From Abditibacterium sp. (GTDB lineage: Bacteria; Armatimonadota; Abditibacteriia; Abditibacteriales; Abditibacteriaceae): a stretch of DNA of 64,000 bases. Where the stretch lies: positions 1,493,005-1,557,004 of the forward strand of contig CBDHBZ010000008.1 of assembly GCA_965260925.1 (NCBI GenBank). Reading direction: 5' to 3'. Below the pieces are notes generated by a model. It did no database searches and had not been told where the DNA came from. It was given only the letters and a program-made list of their open reading frames with translations. Shown here in pieces: positions 18,119 through 27,162 of the stretch (the stretch's first letter is position 1; every line of letters begins with the position of its first letter). Position numbers and translations under genes: made by a program.

Positions 18119-19423
18119 TTACCGTTGCACCGGCACGCGTTCGGTGCGCACGCTCTGCCACTTGATGCTATCGAGCGGCGAGCGTTTGATCGGAGCAGCC
18201 ACGGGCGCCGGGTTGACGACGGGCGTTACGTCGCGCAAAATCACTTCGCGCGAGGGCACGTCCAAACGCGGTAGCGCCGGTTGCGCCGTATTGCCGATCA
18301 GACTTGAGGCGCTATCGAGATAGCGCGGAGCAGCCACGTCCTGGGCATAAGCGCGCGCTTGGTCGGGCACGCGCTGCAGACGGTAATCGCCGTCGCCCTG
18401 GTTCCAGTTGAACCACGAAATCGCTTTGACGCGCGGGTAATTCTGGTTCAAAACCTGAAAGAAATTTTTGACCCACTCGACTTCGCCGGGAAAGCGCACG
18501 TTATATTTGTTCTTTTCGGGTGCCGTTGCCCATTCGGTAATGAAAAACGGTTTGCGCGCGGAAAACTGATTGTAAATCGTGTCGAGCGCGCGCGGATCGT
18601 TGCCCGAATAAAGCGAGACGCCGATCCAATCCACGCAATCGTCGCCCGGATAATAGCTTTGATACGGCACGCCGCCGACATCGGGCACGTTGGGCGACCA
18701 AACCCACGCCACGTTGTTGGCGCCGTTTTTGTTAAAAATATCGACGATACGTTTCCACGCCGCGACGTAATCCGCCGCCGTCGTCTGCGCGCCGGGGTAG
18801 GCTTGCGAATAGGGATACCAGTTGCCGTTCATTTCGTGATCGACCGAGATGAAAACCGGCCCGCCGAACTGTTTGATCGCCAGCGCCGATTGCTTGAAAT
18901 ACTCGTCCCAGGTGCCGTTGGCGATGAGCTTCAGTTCGGCGCTTTTGTGGGTTTGGTCGTAGGCGTAATCCTGCGTCGAAAACTTAATCAGCGAAACCGC
19001 GCCCAGCTTTTTGATGCGCGCCAGATTGGGCGCATAGTTCTGGCTCCAATTCGTCATGCGCCCGTTTTCGTAGGCCGAGGCGAACCAGGTCACGACCGAA
19101 ATCTTCTTGCCCGCCGCCGCGTTGTAATCGGAAATCTGGCGGCGCAAACCGTTCTCGTTCCACGCGTCGGGCAAAGACGCACCATGGTAAACGCCATCGC
19201 CCGCCGGCTCGAATTTAGCGCGCGTGCCGGTTGTCGCCCCGCGCGCGCCCATCGTTGCTCCACGCGCGGTTGCCATGGGCGCAACCGGCGCTACCGCGCC
19301 CAATGGGCGCACCGGCGGAATCGGCGGCGTGATGTTTTGGCCGTAGATTTTGATCTGCGCGTGAGCCGTTGCCGCGCTCAATATCAACGTTGCCGCCGCA
19401 AAAATCCCGTTTGTCCGCATCAT
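18119..19423 (-). CDS. Secreted glycoside hydrolase family 26-like (mannanase fold)
   Basis: Signal peptide MMRTNGIFAAATLILSAATAHAQ; VDHEMNGNWYPY; YYPGDDCVDWIGVSLY; FFITEWA. Confidence 0.7.
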   Translation of the reverse strand: MMRTNGIFAAATLILSAATAHAQIKIYGQNITPPIPPVRPLGAVAPVAPMATARGATMGARGATTGTRAKFEPAGDGVYHGASLPDAWNENGLRRQISDYNAAAGKKISVVTWFASAYENGRMTNWSQNYAPNLARIKKLGAVSLIKFSTQDYAYDQTHKSAELKLIANGTWDEYFKQSALAIKQFGGPVFISVDHEMNGNWYPYSQAYPGAQTTAADYVAAWKRIVDIFNKNGANNVAWVWSPNVPDVGGVPYQSYYPGDDCVDWIGVSLYSGNDPRALDTIYNQFSARKPFFITEWATAPEKNKYNVRFPGEVEWVKNFFQVLNQNYPRVKAISWFNWNQGDGDYRLQRVPDQARAYAQDVAAPRYLDSASSLIGNTAQPALPRLDVPSREVILRDVTPVVNPAPVAAPIKRSPLDSIKWQSVRTERVPVQR

Positions 19424-19501
19424 GAACAAGCAGTATTCAATGAATTGGCCGAAGTTTGAGATCAAGACAGATCGCGTTCTTTAACGAGTTGACCCGATTG
19501 C

Positions 19502-19615
19502 CGTTGCGATTGTGATGTTCTGCGGGGCTGACGCCCTCTTCCAATCGGTAAAGTTCCTCGATATTCCGCCGATTGGAAGAGGGCGTCAGCCCCGCAGAAC
19601 ATCACAATTGCGACG
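19502..19615. repeat. Long hairpin element (47-nt arms), copy 1 of the family that brackets the RT module
   Basis: Arms at 19502-19548 and 19569-19615 (two G:T positions). Its core GTTCTGCGGGGCTGACGCCCTCTTCCAATCGG resembles that of the 27473-27588 copy. Confidence 0.9.
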
Positions 19616-19651
19616 AATCTGAACTGTTAAATAAAACTCTGACGATGCAAC

Positions 19652-21070
19652 TCACCGCGCCAGCCACGGATGCGTGCCCACCAACTTTTCGGCGCGCGCG
19701 GCATCGCTCATGGCGATCCAGGCGATCATGCCGCGCGCGTAGCCCAGCGAATCGCGCCCGATCTGCGCGCTCATTTGGTCGGCGCCCAACTGTTCGTAGC
19801 GATGCAGAAACGCGCGAAACCGCCGCAAATCGGCGCGCGAAACGCGCGGACTCGCGGCGTCCTGCGCGTTGACGACCAAACCCGTCACGACTTGCCGCAT
19901 ATTCGGGCGCATCACGGCGGTTTTCTCGTCGTTGACGACGAACTTCTCGTCGGCCACAACGCGCCGCGTCAGGCCGATGAGTTTGTTCACATCGGCGCCC
20001 GAATCGCTGGAAAATACCAGGTCGTCGGCGTAACGCGAGTAAACGAAACCCAGAGTCGCGGCGATTCCGCTCAGCCGTGCATCCAAGCGGCGGCACAGCA
20101 AATTAGTCAACGCGGGCGAAGTGCAGGCGCCTTGGGGCAAGGCGCGTTCGCCGACGGCGACGTAACGTTTGGTCGCGTCCAGAGTCAGTTCGACGCGCGG
20201 CGCTTCGGTCGCCAAAAGCGCCAGCATGGTGGCGATGCCCTCGTTATAGCCGAAATTCTCGAACTGCCGTTTGACGCGTTTGAAGCCGATGGACGGAAAG
20301 AAATTTTTGAGGTCTATGCGCACCACGACCGATTTTCCCAGGTGCCGACCCGCGTTTTCGACGACGTTGGCGCCCGCCACAAACGCCGTAGCGGCATCGT
20401 GAATCGGCAACGGCGCCAGAATGCTTTCCAGCAACCAACTCTGAGCGCGGCGCAGTTTGGTTTTGGGCGACGAAACGTTGCGCATTCCGCCGCGCTTTTT
20501 CGGGATCTGAAAGCGATGATAATGATCGATTGAAGAAGCGCCGCGATGGTAACAGAGCCACGTCAGTTCGGGCGCGGGGATGCCGATCGCCGCCGCCAAA
20601 TCGGCGGGCGTTTGCAATGCGGGCAAACCCAAACGCTCGCGTTGCGCGTCGTTGCCGCCTTCAAATTTCAGGCCCTGAGAAACGCCGTGACCCAAAAATT
20701 GCGGTTCGTTGGCGCGTTTGGTTTTCCACAGTTCGGCGTTACGCGCGGCCTCGACTTTGTGGCGTTCGCGGCGTTCTTCGCGCGCGGCTTTGACGCGCGC
20801 GATGCGGCGCGCGCGAATCTCGTCGAGGGCGGTTTGCACGTCGGCGGTTACAGCGATGGCGGCTTCGACGAGGGTGAGTTCGAGGCGTAGCGGCGCGACT
20901 TCGCGGTCGAGCCGCGCGACTTCGCGCTCGGCAATTTCGACTTGTTCTTGCAAGCCTTCGGGCGGCGGCCAAAATCCCAGACGGCGCATCTCGGCCATCT
21001 CGAAAGCCTCTTTGCCTTCGGCTTTGATGCGCGCGCGCCAATCGGTGGGAACGGATTCGTTTTCTGCCAT
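19652..21070 (-). CDS. Retron-type reverse transcriptase with an N-terminal coiled-coil extension of about 145 aa
   Basis: LGLPALQTPADLAAAIGIPAPELTWL...IPKKRGGMRNVSSPKTKLRRAQSWLLESIL; VVENAGRH (NAxxH); RIDLKNFFPSI; LPQGACTSPALTNLL; SRYADDLVFSS; RQVVTGLVVN. Residues 1-145 are Glu/Arg/Ala-rich helix. Confidence 0.85.
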   Translation of the reverse strand: MAENESVPTDWRARIKAEGKEAFEMAEMRRLGFWPPPEGLQEQVEIAEREVARLDREVAPLRLELTLVEAAIAVTADVQTALDEIRARRIARVKAAREERRERHKVEAARNAELWKTKRANEPQFLGHGVSQGLKFEGGNDAQRERLGLPALQTPADLAAAIGIPAPELTWLCYHRGASSIDHYHRFQIPKKRGGMRNVSSPKTKLRRAQSWLLESILAPLPIHDAATAFVAGANVVENAGRHLGKSVVVRIDLKNFFPSIGFKRVKRQFENFGYNEGIATMLALLATEAPRVELTLDATKRYVAVGERALPQGACTSPALTNLLCRRLDARLSGIAATLGFVYSRYADDLVFSSDSGADVNKLIGLTRRVVADEKFVVNDEKTAVMRPNMRQVVTGLVVNAQDAASPRVSRADLRRFRAFLHRYEQLGADQMSAQIGRDSLGYARGMIAWIAMSDAARAEKLVGTHPWLAR

Positions 21071-21095
21071 GATTTTTAGGATTTATCTTGCGCTC

Positions 21096-21110
21096 CCGTG
21101 CTCCGCACGG
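21096..21110 (-). promoter_or_regulatory. Conserved intercistronic mini-hairpin upstream of the RT start
   Basis: CCGTGC-TCC-GCACGG followed by AATACGCA, about 26 nt upstream of ATG 21070. A near-identical motif lies at 23122-23140. Confidence 0.3.
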
Positions 21111-21120
21111 AATACGCAAC

Positions 21121-23103
21121 TCAACCTTCCAGCATTTCCTGGAATTCTGCTTCGGTCAAAACTTGAACGCCCAGCAGTTTGGCTTTGACCAATTTGCCGC
21201 CCGCTTTATCGCCCGCGACCAGATAATCCAAATTTTTCGAGACGCCGCTCGCCGCCTTGCCGCCACGTTGTTCGACCAAGCTCTGCGCCTGATCGCGCCC
21301 ATAAATCGTTAGAGTTCCGGTGAAACAGAACGATTTACCCGCGAACTGTTGCACGTCGAAACTCGCGCCCGCGCTTTTGCTTTTGGACGTGGCTGCTCTC
21401 AAACCCGTGACGCGCGCCGAAGCCAATGCCGTCGCCGACAGAATGTGGGCGCACGGGCCTTTCTTGAGTTTGTCGCGCCGAAAATCGGCGCACGAACACT
21501 GCGCGAACGGCACGCGCCCGTCGGCATCAACGTCAACCGTGACGTCGAACTTGGCCTGGTTGCGCGTCGAACCGCGCGCGTCAACCGTGGAAACCTGCGC
21601 TTCCAAACGCGTCAAACCGGCGCGCAAGCCGAAATCGTTGTCTTCGTCGGCCTCTTTCCACTTGACGCCGCCCGCCGCCACGATGCGCCGCGCCAACTCG
21701 ACTTTCGGGTCGCGTTGCCCCGCCAGCGCCTGCGCGCCCGGTGGCAACAATTTGCGCCAACGGTAAAACTCGCCGATCGGATCGAACATCGCGTCGCCAT
21801 CGCGGCAGATCTGCTGCAAAGCCGCCGTCGCCGTTTCGCGCGATAGATCCGAGCGCGCCGCGAGGGCTTGCGGCGTCAGTTTGAGCGCGCTTTCCAGTTG
21901 CCCGCGCGCCAGTTCGATGTCGCCCGCCGTGACCGGCGCCGTGGCTGCTAACAAGTCGAAGCGCGCCGCGCTCGACCAGTCGTTTTTCGTCCAACCGCTC
22001 AGCCCGACATCGAAGCGATGCCCGCCCGCTTCGACGCTCCAAAAGTGCGGCATTCCGCTGCCCAGCAAACGCACCTGGACGGTTTCCGAGTAAGCCAACA
22101 GCGACTCGATGGAAAACAAGCGGCGCCGTCCCCACACGCGAACGGTCGTTGATTCGCCCTGAAAAACGTGATGGTGTTCGGCGATTTCGATGTTCCACGG
22201 CTCCAGAACGATCTTCGGATTGGCGCCGTTTGCTAATTCAAAACGGATGGCGCGCGGCGATTCTTTCTCGCGGTCGCGGCGCAAAATCATCAACAGTTCG
22301 GCCACGGTCGAAGCGCTCAAAGTCAAATCGATGCCCGGCAGCGTCGAGGCCGATTGCACTTGCAAAAAGCCGCGCACCCAGGAGGGCGGCAAGTCGATCT
22401 TCTTTTCCAGACGCGCGCCCGCGTCGGTGCCGATGCTAACGCCGCCGCCTTCGACGCTCAGCCTTGCCGGACGATAAGAACGAACGCGCCGAATTTCGTC
22501 GGCCAAGGCCGCCGAGAAGTCCACGTTGGTGGTGCCAAACACGGTTTCGCCCTCGGTTTGCAAGTTGTCGGCGGCGACGGTGACGCGACCGTAAGAGCTT
22601 TCGTCCTGCGAAAAAACCTCGAAAATCGTGGCGTCGGGATGAACGGAAACGACCGGATCGAGGATGACCCACAACGCGAAATCGCGCGAGTAAAGCCATT
22701 TCCAGTAGCGCCGCTTGGCCTCCCACAATTGCGCCGAACCCAACTTGCTGCGGTGCGGCGCGGCTTCGTCGTTCAGCGATTTGAGTTGCGCGCGCAACGC
22801 TTCGCGCCGCGCGTTTTGCGCGGGCAATTCGTCGCGGCGCGCTGCCAGTTCGGGCGCCAGTTCGCGCATATATTCGCCGCGCACCCATTCCTGGTAGGCG
22901 CTGTGATCTTTGGCGGCGAAGCGCAAATCGGAGCCGACGACTTCAAATAAAGCCAGCATCGCGCGCGCGTAAGCGGGCGAGTTTTTGATCGTCGCGTGCA
23001 AACGCACGGCGGGGCGGCCCTGCTGCGCGGCGAGCGAAAACGCCATCGCGTCGCCGACATCAGCCACGCCGGAGGGCTTCGCGTAAGTTTGAGTGATCCA
23101 CAT
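21121..23103 (-). CDS. SWIM zinc-finger protein with a C-terminal BRCT domain
   Basis: SWIM CxC...CxH: FAQCSCADFRRDKLKKGPCAHILSA (about 21445-21510). BRCT resembling that of LigA: FAGKSFCFTGTLTIYGRDQAQSLVEQRGGKAASGVSKNLDYLVAGDKAGGKLVKAKLLGVQVLTEAEF (about 21124-21360). The start is set at ATG 23103 (MWITQTY). Confidence 0.75.
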   Translation of the reverse strand: MWITQTYAKPSGVADVGDAMAFSLAAQQGRPAVRLHATIKNSPAYARAMLALFEVVGSDLRFAAKDHSAYQEWVRGEYMRELAPELAARRDELPAQNARREALRAQLKSLNDEAAPHRSKLGSAQLWEAKRRYWKWLYSRDFALWVILDPVVSVHPDATIFEVFSQDESSYGRVTVAADNLQTEGETVFGTTNVDFSAALADEIRRVRSYRPARLSVEGGGVSIGTDAGARLEKKIDLPPSWVRGFLQVQSASTLPGIDLTLSASTVAELLMILRRDREKESPRAIRFELANGANPKIVLEPWNIEIAEHHHVFQGESTTVRVWGRRRLFSIESLLAYSETVQVRLLGSGMPHFWSVEAGGHRFDVGLSGWTKNDWSSAARFDLLAATAPVTAGDIELARGQLESALKLTPQALAARSDLSRETATAALQQICRDGDAMFDPIGEFYRWRKLLPPGAQALAGQRDPKVELARRIVAAGGVKWKEADEDNDFGLRAGLTRLEAQVSTVDARGSTRNQAKFDVTVDVDADGRVPFAQCSCADFRRDKLKKGPCAHILSATALASARVTGLRAATSKSKSAGASFDVQQFAGKSFCFTGTLTIYGRDQAQSLVEQRGGKAASGVSKNLDYLVAGDKAGGKLVKAKLLGVQVLTEAEFQEMLEG

Positions 23104-23121
23104 AATGTGATTTGGATGGTT

Positions 23122-23140
23122 TTCCGTGCGGAGCACGGAA
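23122..23140 (-). promoter_or_regulatory. Conserved intercistronic mini-hairpin upstream of the SWIM-BRCT start
   Basis: TTCCGTGC-GGA-GCACGGAA followed by TCGCA, about 19 nt upstream of ATG 23103. Confidence 0.3.
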
Positions 23141-23147
23141 TCGCACG

Positions 23148-26100
23148 CTAAATTGCGCCGACCCCACTGACTTCTACGCCCGCGATTTCGCTTTCCAAAG
23201 CGCGCCGCGCCAACTGTTGCAGCGCCCATTCGGCGTCGCGCGGCGTTTTGCCGCGCGCCAACTCCAACAAAGTCGCGTCATCGGGCAAAGGCGCGCTTTG
23301 GCTACGACGCGTTTGCACCAAATTCTTGGCGCGCCGCGCCCGATTGCGCCCGCGCAAAACCGCGCGGTCGAACTCGATTGGCGCCGTTTCGGCATCACGC
23401 TCCAACAGCAAATTTGCCACGAAACCCTGCATTTCGGCGTTGGGATTCTCTTCCAATTTCGCCAACAAACCGTCGCCAATTAAATCATCCAAACGCGCGC
23501 CGACGAACTCGCGTCCATACTGGCGGGCGCGTAAACGCGGGCTGTCGCACAATGCCAGCGCCAGATTGGCAATGTTTTCCTCGCGCGACTCGAACCAAAC
23601 TTTCGCCGCGTCCATCGCGTCGCGCAAATCCGATTCGAGTAAGCGCAACGCGATCGGCACGGTCAAACCGCGCGCGACCAGACCGCTCAAACCGATCGCG
23701 CGCACGGCGGGTAACGGATGAATCGCGGCTTCGATCAAAGTTTCGGCGTCCAGTTCGCGCGCGCCCAGCCAGAGGGTAATCAGCGATTCGAGTGAGGGAT
23801 CGTCGAACTGCGTCACGTCGCTTTCCAGCATCCCAAAAGTCGCGGCGAACTCGGCATCGTCAATTAAACGCCCGCGCAAAAAACCGCCCGCAAACCCTTG
23901 CGAGCGCGCCGCTTCCCAGAACGCTTCGCGGCGGGCGGCGTCGGTTTTTAGCACTTGCAGAAGGGCGTCGCGCCACAACAGCCACACGGCTTCGGGCACA
24001 CTGGCGATAAGGCTCAGCAGCAACGCGGGCGCGAGTTGTCCGGCGGCCCCGGCGAAAGTCGCGGCGATAACGGGATCATCGAAGGTGCGCGCTCGCAACT
24101 GTTCGGCGCCCTCTTTTTTGGCGTCGAGATATTGCTGAACCGCGCCCCAAAACTGCGCGCCAATCGCCGGATGCGGCGCGATGGCGGCGACGAACCCGGT
24201 TTTCCATTCGCCCCAACGTGCATCGGTCAAATCGGCAATTGTTTTCACCGTCACTTCGGCGGGCAAAAACAGCGCGTAGGCGCCGAAAACTTCGCCCGGC
24301 ACGCCCGCGTTGGTGTAGTAGGCGCCCGCTTCGCTGCCCGCAAACTCGCCGCTCCAACGCGGGCGCACTTCGCGCCAATCCAACTCGCCGCGCACCAGAG
24401 CGGCGCGCGCATCGGCATCCGAAAGCGCGCTTTGCAGCGCATCCGAAATGCGCCAATTGACCGTGCGCGCGTTCCAATCGTAGCTTTGCGTCAGGCCGCG
24501 CAGCAAACTCAGCCAGACCGCGCCCAGCGTCGCGCTTTTGGTGCGCGATGCCGCCACCAACTGCCACGCCACAACGCGCGCCTCGCGCGATGGGGCGCGC
24601 ACGGCTTTGTCGATCTGTTCTTTATCGAAATCGGCGCGCGAGGCGCTTTCTAAGAGCGCTTCCAACACGGCGGCGTTGTTTAGAGCGAACGGAATCAGCG
24701 GCAAAACCTGCGCGGCGCTCAGGCGGCGACAAAACTGCGCGCCCAACGATTTGAGCGGCGCTTCGCTCGAATTCAGCAGCGCGCGCAACGCGGGCAACGC
24801 GCCGTCAGCGCGAAATTCGGGGTTCGACAAATCGAAGCGCGCCGCCAACAACAGCGCCAGTTCGCGCCCGCGCCGCGTCAGCGATTGAACCGTCATGCGG
24901 CGCCCAAATTTGTCGCGTTCAATCGGCAAGGATGCGCCCAGAAAATTCGCCAGTTCGCTGGCGATTGCGGGCGAAGGTTGGGCGCGCTCCAACAACGCGC
25001 GGCGCTTCAGCGGGTTCGACGCGGCGATGGCGCCCGCAACGGCGCGCGGCGAAAGCGCCGAAACGTCGCTTTCCAGAGCCGCGCGCGCGCCGATCACGCG
25101 CAGATCAGGCCAATTGGACGCGACGTAACTCTCGATTTGTGCCGCCGATAGCCGGGACGTGGCTGCTGTCGCCTGCCGCGCCAAATGCACGACGGGCGCC
25201 GTCACGCTATTTTCAACCAGCGAATTTAATTGCTCTGGATGCAAATTCCACGCGTCGGACGCGCGCTCGACGCGGCGCTTGACGACGAGCGATTTCGCGT
25301 TATAAAGATAGGCGCCGCGCCCGTGCGAAGCCTGATGCCAGTTCGGATGATTGGCGGCGACCAAATCGGCGGCGATCCAATTGTTGTCCCAGTCGAGATT
25401 GGGTTTATCGGCAATCTCCGCGAAAAACGCGCTCGCCAGAGCCGTGAATCCGTCGGCGTCGGATCGGGACAAATCGCGCAGCAAACGTCGCCCGCGCCGC
25501 TTCATATAAGCGAAAGTTTTCGGATCGGGCGCTTTGCCGATTTCCTGAATGGTTTTCGGATCGGAAACATCGAGCAAACGCAAGCCCGCGCGCGTGCCCA
25601 GATAAAGCGTGTCGCCCGCTAATGCCAGCGACGAAACTTCGTTGTAGCGCGCCGAACCGAAATCGTATTCGCCCGTAATCGACGGATTCTTGGGATTGGA
25701 CAGATCGAGCAAGCGGATTTTAGTGGCGAAACTGCCGCGATTCCAAGTCTGGCAAAAAACGGCGGCGCGATCCGCTTCGCACGCGAGGAAGCTCGCGCCT
25801 TCCACTTTTAGCTTGCCGATTTGACGCGGATTATCCAAATCGCTCAAATCGTAAGTAAATAATTCGTTGTTAGAAAAGCTCAACCAGAAGTCGCCGCACG
25901 GCTGCAAAACCGAGGCGTAATCGGTGGGCAACTTGCCCGCCAAACGCGGATTGGCCGCGTCCGATAAATCGGCGAAATTCAGTTCGTAAGTCGCGCCACG
26001 CCGCCCGTAATTATAGGTCATCGCCGCCGCGAAATTCGGCCCACCGATCAAACCGTAATAAGTTTGGACGAACTCGCCACTGCCGACCTCGATCAAACTT

Positions 26101-26684
26101 CCGTCGCGCACTTCGCTCACGCGCAGCGTTGCGCCGTCCAGACTGATGATGCGTTCGCCCGCGATCGCCGTGCCGAAAGTGTTCTGCTTGAACTCGCCAT
26201 CTAATGCGGGCGTGGAGGGGTTTTCTACGTTCAAACGCCAGACTTTGCCGCCGCTACGCAACCACAAATAGCCCGCCGAAACTTCCAGTCCGACCGGTAT
26301 CGGATCGGTTAAATCGGGCGACCAAACCGAAATTAATTGCGGCTGGGCGGGCGCGCTCAAATCGTAGGTTTGCAGTTCGCGCCCGCGCGACCAAAGGTAG
26401 GCGAAACCACCAGCCACGTTCAAAGCGCCGAAACTGCCCGCGACGGCGACATCGGCGCTTTTACCGATAGTTTCCAGCGGTTGCTCATCTATGCGCGCCA
26501 ACAATGCCGCCACGATTTCGGGTTCGCGCGCACCATTACGATACGCGGCTTCGGCCTCTTTATAGAGGCGTTTGAAACCCTGCCAGGGGCCGTAAACCAA
26601 GGGCGCCGCGCGAATCCAATCGAGCGTCGCGGCGCGCGTGGCTGCATCGGCGGGCGGAAACGAGGGCGGCGTGAAATTGGACAT
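23148..26684 (-). CDS. 1178-aa protein: N-terminal helical segment, beta-propeller-like repeat region, long ARM/HEAT-like helical C-terminal part
   Basis: Six spaced strands of the type x-DLS-x-P-x-x-P: YDLSAPAQPQ, LNVENPSTPA, ADLSDAANPRL, YDLSDLDNPRQ, LDLSNPKNPSI, LDVSDPKTIQ (LVIVD-like). Residues about 420-1178 are Leu/Ala-rich helical repeats with no catalytic motif recognised. Confidence 0.7.
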   Translation of the reverse strand: MSNFTPPSFPPADAATRAATLDWIRAAPLVYGPWQGFKRLYKEAEAAYRNGAREPEIVAALLARIDEQPLETIGKSADVAVAGSFGALNVAGGFAYLWSRGRELQTYDLSAPAQPQLISVWSPDLTDPIPVGLEVSAGYLWLRSGGKVWRLNVENPSTPALDGEFKQNTFGTAIAGERIISLDGATLRVSEVRDGSLIEVGSGEFVQTYYGLIGGPNFAAAMTYNYGRRGATYELNFADLSDAANPRLAGKLPTDYASVLQPCGDFWLSFSNNELFTYDLSDLDNPRQIGKLKVEGASFLACEADRAAVFCQTWNRGSFATKIRLLDLSNPKNPSITGEYDFGSARYNEVSSLALAGDTLYLGTRAGLRLLDVSDPKTIQEIGKAPDPKTFAYMKRRGRRLLRDLSRSDADGFTALASAFFAEIADKPNLDWDNNWIAADLVAANHPNWHQASHGRGAYLYNAKSLVVKRRVERASDAWNLHPEQLNSLVENSVTAPVVHLARQATAATSRLSAAQIESYVASNWPDLRVIGARAALESDVSALSPRAVAGAIAASNPLKRRALLERAQPSPAIASELANFLGASLPIERDKFGRRMTVQSLTRRGRELALLLAARFDLSNPEFRADGALPALRALLNSSEAPLKSLGAQFCRRLSAAQVLPLIPFALNNAAVLEALLESASRADFDKEQIDKAVRAPSREARVVAWQLVAASRTKSATLGAVWLSLLRGLTQSYDWNARTVNWRISDALQSALSDADARAALVRGELDWREVRPRWSGEFAGSEAGAYYTNAGVPGEVFGAYALFLPAEVTVKTIADLTDARWGEWKTGFVAAIAPHPAIGAQFWGAVQQYLDAKKEGAEQLRARTFDDPVIAATFAGAAGQLAPALLLSLIASVPEAVWLLWRDALLQVLKTDAARREAFWEAARSQGFAGGFLRGRLIDDAEFAATFGMLESDVTQFDDPSLESLITLWLGARELDAETLIEAAIHPLPAVRAIGLSGLVARGLTVPIALRLLESDLRDAMDAAKVWFESREENIANLALALCDSPRLRARQYGREFVGARLDDLIGDGLLAKLEENPNAEMQGFVANLLLERDAETAPIEFDRAVLRGRNRARRAKNLVQTRRSQSAPLPDDATLLELARGKTPRDAEWALQQLARRALESEIAGVEVSGVGAI

Positions 26685-26709
26685 GACTTTTCAATCGAAT
26701 AGCAGGGGG

Positions 26710-26815
26710 ATTTCACACAAAGGAACCACACAAAGGAACAAAGATCGCACAAAGAGTAAGAAGAAAATAAAATGTTCAACTCTCTTCTTCCCCTTTGTGA
26801 GTCTTTGTGTGAAAT
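26710..26815. repeat. Inverted repeat with an AT-rich centre, immediately upstream of the 1178-aa gene
   Basis: ATTTCACACAAAG (26710-26722) pairs with CTTTGTGTGAAAT (26803-26815). CACAAAGGAAC is repeated internally. Confidence 0.7.
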
Positions 26816-26841
26816 GCCCAAGCTCAAATTTCAACTGCGAT

Positions 26842-27118
26842 TCTGAACCGGCGATGGGCCGAACTCGGCGAAACAGAAGGCGCCACAAAACAAGAGGAGA
26901 CCGGCGGCGTTCACTGTAGCAATTGGCGTAGCCCTCTTGATTGGCGGCCCGTGCGCACGCGGACTCAGCGCGGTGACGCGAATCGAGAGGGCTACGCTAA
27001 TTGCGAAAACGCAACGGCGTGCCGGTGACGTATGACGGGCTTAACTTCAACCGCGACGAACCATCGCAGAAATGCTGGCCACTTTCTGAGTTCGCAGAGC
27101 CGTCCCATCGCCGGTTCA
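26842..27118 (-). ncRNA. Candidate structured RNA unit A (retron msr/msd-like layout); strand not proven
   Basis: Outer 15-bp stem TGAACCGGCGATGGG (26844-26858) / CCCATCGCCGGTTCA (27104-27118). Conserved 26-mer AGGAGACCGGCGGCGTTCACTGTAGC (26895-26920). Unit-specific hairpin at 26921-27002. Conserved ~75-nt block at 27003-27077. Confidence 0.4.
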
Positions 27119-27162
27119 AAAACGGCGAGAAATCGAGCAAATTAAAAATTTAACCAAACGAA

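Noticed and set aside
19652-21070. The RT as a group II intron maturase or a diversity-generating retroelement RT
   Set aside because: No intron RNA domains or maturase/endonuclease tail are present. No template/variable repeat pair or Avd-like gene was seen. The motif set (NAxxH, YADDLVFSS, VTG) is retron-like.
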